A stretch of DNA of 64,000 bases from Elstera sp. (GTDB lineage: Bacteria; Pseudomonadota; Alphaproteobacteria; Elsterales; Elsteraceae), in assembly GCF_044372965.1 (NCBI RefSeq), contig NZ_JBILQX010000001.1:40806-104805 (forward strand), in the 5' to 3' direction. The notes beneath the pieces were generated by a model. The model worked only from the letters and a program-made list of their open reading frames with translations, was not told where the DNA came from and ran no database searches. Position 1 is the stretch's first letter. Each line of letters opens with the position of its first letter. Both the position numbers and the translations under genes were made by a program. Shown here in pieces: positions 62,757 to 64,000 of this stretch.

Positions 62757-64000
62757 CGTATCAGGCACCGCTCGACGATATTCGCTTCACGCTGCACCGG
62801 GTTGTCGGGGTGGCCGATGTTCTCCCCGACGGCATTGATTCGACCGATGTCGATGCCATTCTGGAAGAAGCGGGTAAATTCGCAGGCTCGGTGATCGCCC
62901 CGCTCAATTGGGGTGGCGACCAGCATGGCGCGGTGCTTGAAAATGGCGTGGTGCGGACGGCCCCCGGCTTCCGCGACGCCTATCATGCTTTCGTCGAAGG
63001 CGGCTGGAACTCGGTCGGCGGCGATCCCGAATTCGGCGGTCAGGGGCTACCGATTGCGATTTCGGCGGCGCTCTCGGAACTGTGGAATAGCGCGAGCATG
63101 GCTTTCGCCCTCTGCCCGCTGCTGAACCTCGGCGCGATTGAATGCCTGGAACGCCACGGCTCGGACGCGCAAAAGCAAAAATACCTCGCCAAGATGATCG
63201 AAGGCACCTGGACCGGCACGATGAACCTGACCGAACCGCAAGCGGGGTCAGACCTCGCGGCGGTGCGCACGAAGGCCGTGCCGGTCGGGGATGGTACCTA
63301 CCGGATTTCCGGCCAGAAGATTTTCATCACCTATGGCGACCATGATTATACCGATAACATCATCCATCTGGTCCTCGCCCGCCTGCCCGATGCGCCGCCG
63401 GGCGTGAAAGGGATCAGCCTGTTCGTCGTGCCGAAACTGATGGTTCACGACGACGGCTCTTTGGGCGACAAGAATGATCTGCGCTGCGTGAGCCTGGAGC
63501 ATAAGCTCGGCATCCACGCCTCCCCCACCGCCGTCATGGCCTATGGCGACGGCGAGGGCGCGCTGGGTGAACTGATCGGCGAGGCCAATCGCGGCCTCGA
63601 ATATATGTTCGTGATGATGAACAATGCCCGGCTCAATGTCGGCGTGCAGGGCATCGGTATTGCTGAACGCGCCTATCAGCACGCGGTTGCCTATGCGCGC
63701 TCGCGCACCCAAGGGAAACCGCTGCCGGGCAGCCCGAGCCAAACGATCATTGCCCACCCGGACGTGCGCCGGATGCTCGTGCTCTCGAAAGTGAAAATTG
63801 AAGCCGCCCGTGCCCTGGCGCTCGAAGCCGCCGCCGTGCTCGACCGCGCCCATAAGGGCATCGCGGGCGCGCAAGCGCGTGGCGATTTGCTCATTCCCAT
63901 CGTCAAATCCTGGTCCACCGACCTCGGCGTTTCCGTCGCCTCCACTGGCGTGCAGATTCATGGCGGCATGGGCTTTATCGAGGAAACCGGCGCGGCCCAA
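62753..64000 (+). CDS. Acyl-CoA dehydrogenase (long N-terminal type), truncated by window end
   Basis: Missing from the ORF track because it has no stop in the window. ATG at 62753 overlaps the previous stop (ATGA). Translation: MTYQAPLDDIRFTL...GGDPEFGGQGLP...TMNLTEPQAGSDLAAVRTKA...GQKIFITYGDHD. Open through 64000 (416 codons). Confidence 0.9.
   Translation, partial: MTYQAPLDDIRFTLHRVVGVADVLPDGIDSTDVDAILEEAGKFAGSVIAPLNWGGDQHGAVLENGVVRTAPGFRDAYHAFVEGGWNSVGGDPEFGGQGLPIAISAALSELWNSASMAFALCPLLNLGAIECLERHGSDAQKQKYLAKMIEGTWTGTMNLTEPQAGSDLAAVRTKAVPVGDGTYRISGQKIFITYGDHDYTDNIIHLVLARLPDAPPGVKGISLFVVPKLMVHDDGSLGDKNDLRCVSLEHKLGIHASPTAVMAYGDGEGALGELIGEANRGLEYMFVMMNNARLNVGVQGIGIAERAYQHAVAYARSRTQGKPLPGSPSQTIIAHPDVRRMLVLSKVKIEAARALALEAAAVLDRAHKGIAGAQARGDLLIPIVKSWSTDLGVSVASTGVQIHGGMGFIEETGAAQ

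Overview
This is a 64-kb chromosomal segment from a high-GC alphaproteobacterium, probably Rhodospirillales-like. All family assignments come from motif recognition by eye; no database search was run. My spot counts on single 60-nt lines give about 62% G+C in core genes.

Most of the window is densely packed core genome:
- Proteolysis, motility and cell cycle: clpS-clpA, an MCP, fliI-fliJ divergent from ctrA, mipZ, and an rpmE / DUF1465 (RcdA-like) / DUF1192 / qor / DUF1013 neighbourhood.
- Respiration and redox: a GbsR-like regulator with cytochrome bd (cydAB), then a run of redox/thiol genes (MarR, redoxin, GATase, YafY, EVE, VOC, thioredoxin, CcdA).
- Sugar-nucleotide and pyrimidine genes: PMM/PGM, ugd, galU, pyrE.
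- Transport and efflux: gltX nearby, an RND efflux pair, an ABC exporter, an MFS transporter with a DUF3833 lipoprotein.
- Other: a FeS-type photolyase cluster, tRNA-Val(CAC), a CoxL-like molybdoenzyme subunit, cysQ, dinJ-yafQ, an orphan ParA, a Sua5/TsaC-type enzyme, a GlcD-like flavoenzyme and a truncated acyl-CoA dehydrogenase.

Three AT-rich patches without mobility genes stand out:
1. 1-2470: two paralogous repeat proteins.
2. About 28.8-32.3 kb, between the convergent pyrE and gltX genes: a membrane-anchored AraC regulator, an orphan periplasmic binding protein and two paralogous small helical proteins. It also carries a 29-nt hairpin motif present twice and ends at a C24 homopolymer.
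3. 33.7-35.0 kb: a microhomology-joined segmental duplication that creates a gltX'-'DCC chimeric ORF. It carries two AT-rich 4-TM ORFs that differ in sequence but share the same architecture and sit in near-identical flanks.

Patches 2 and 3 are the best candidates for undescribed biology. Their function cannot be inferred from sequence alone.
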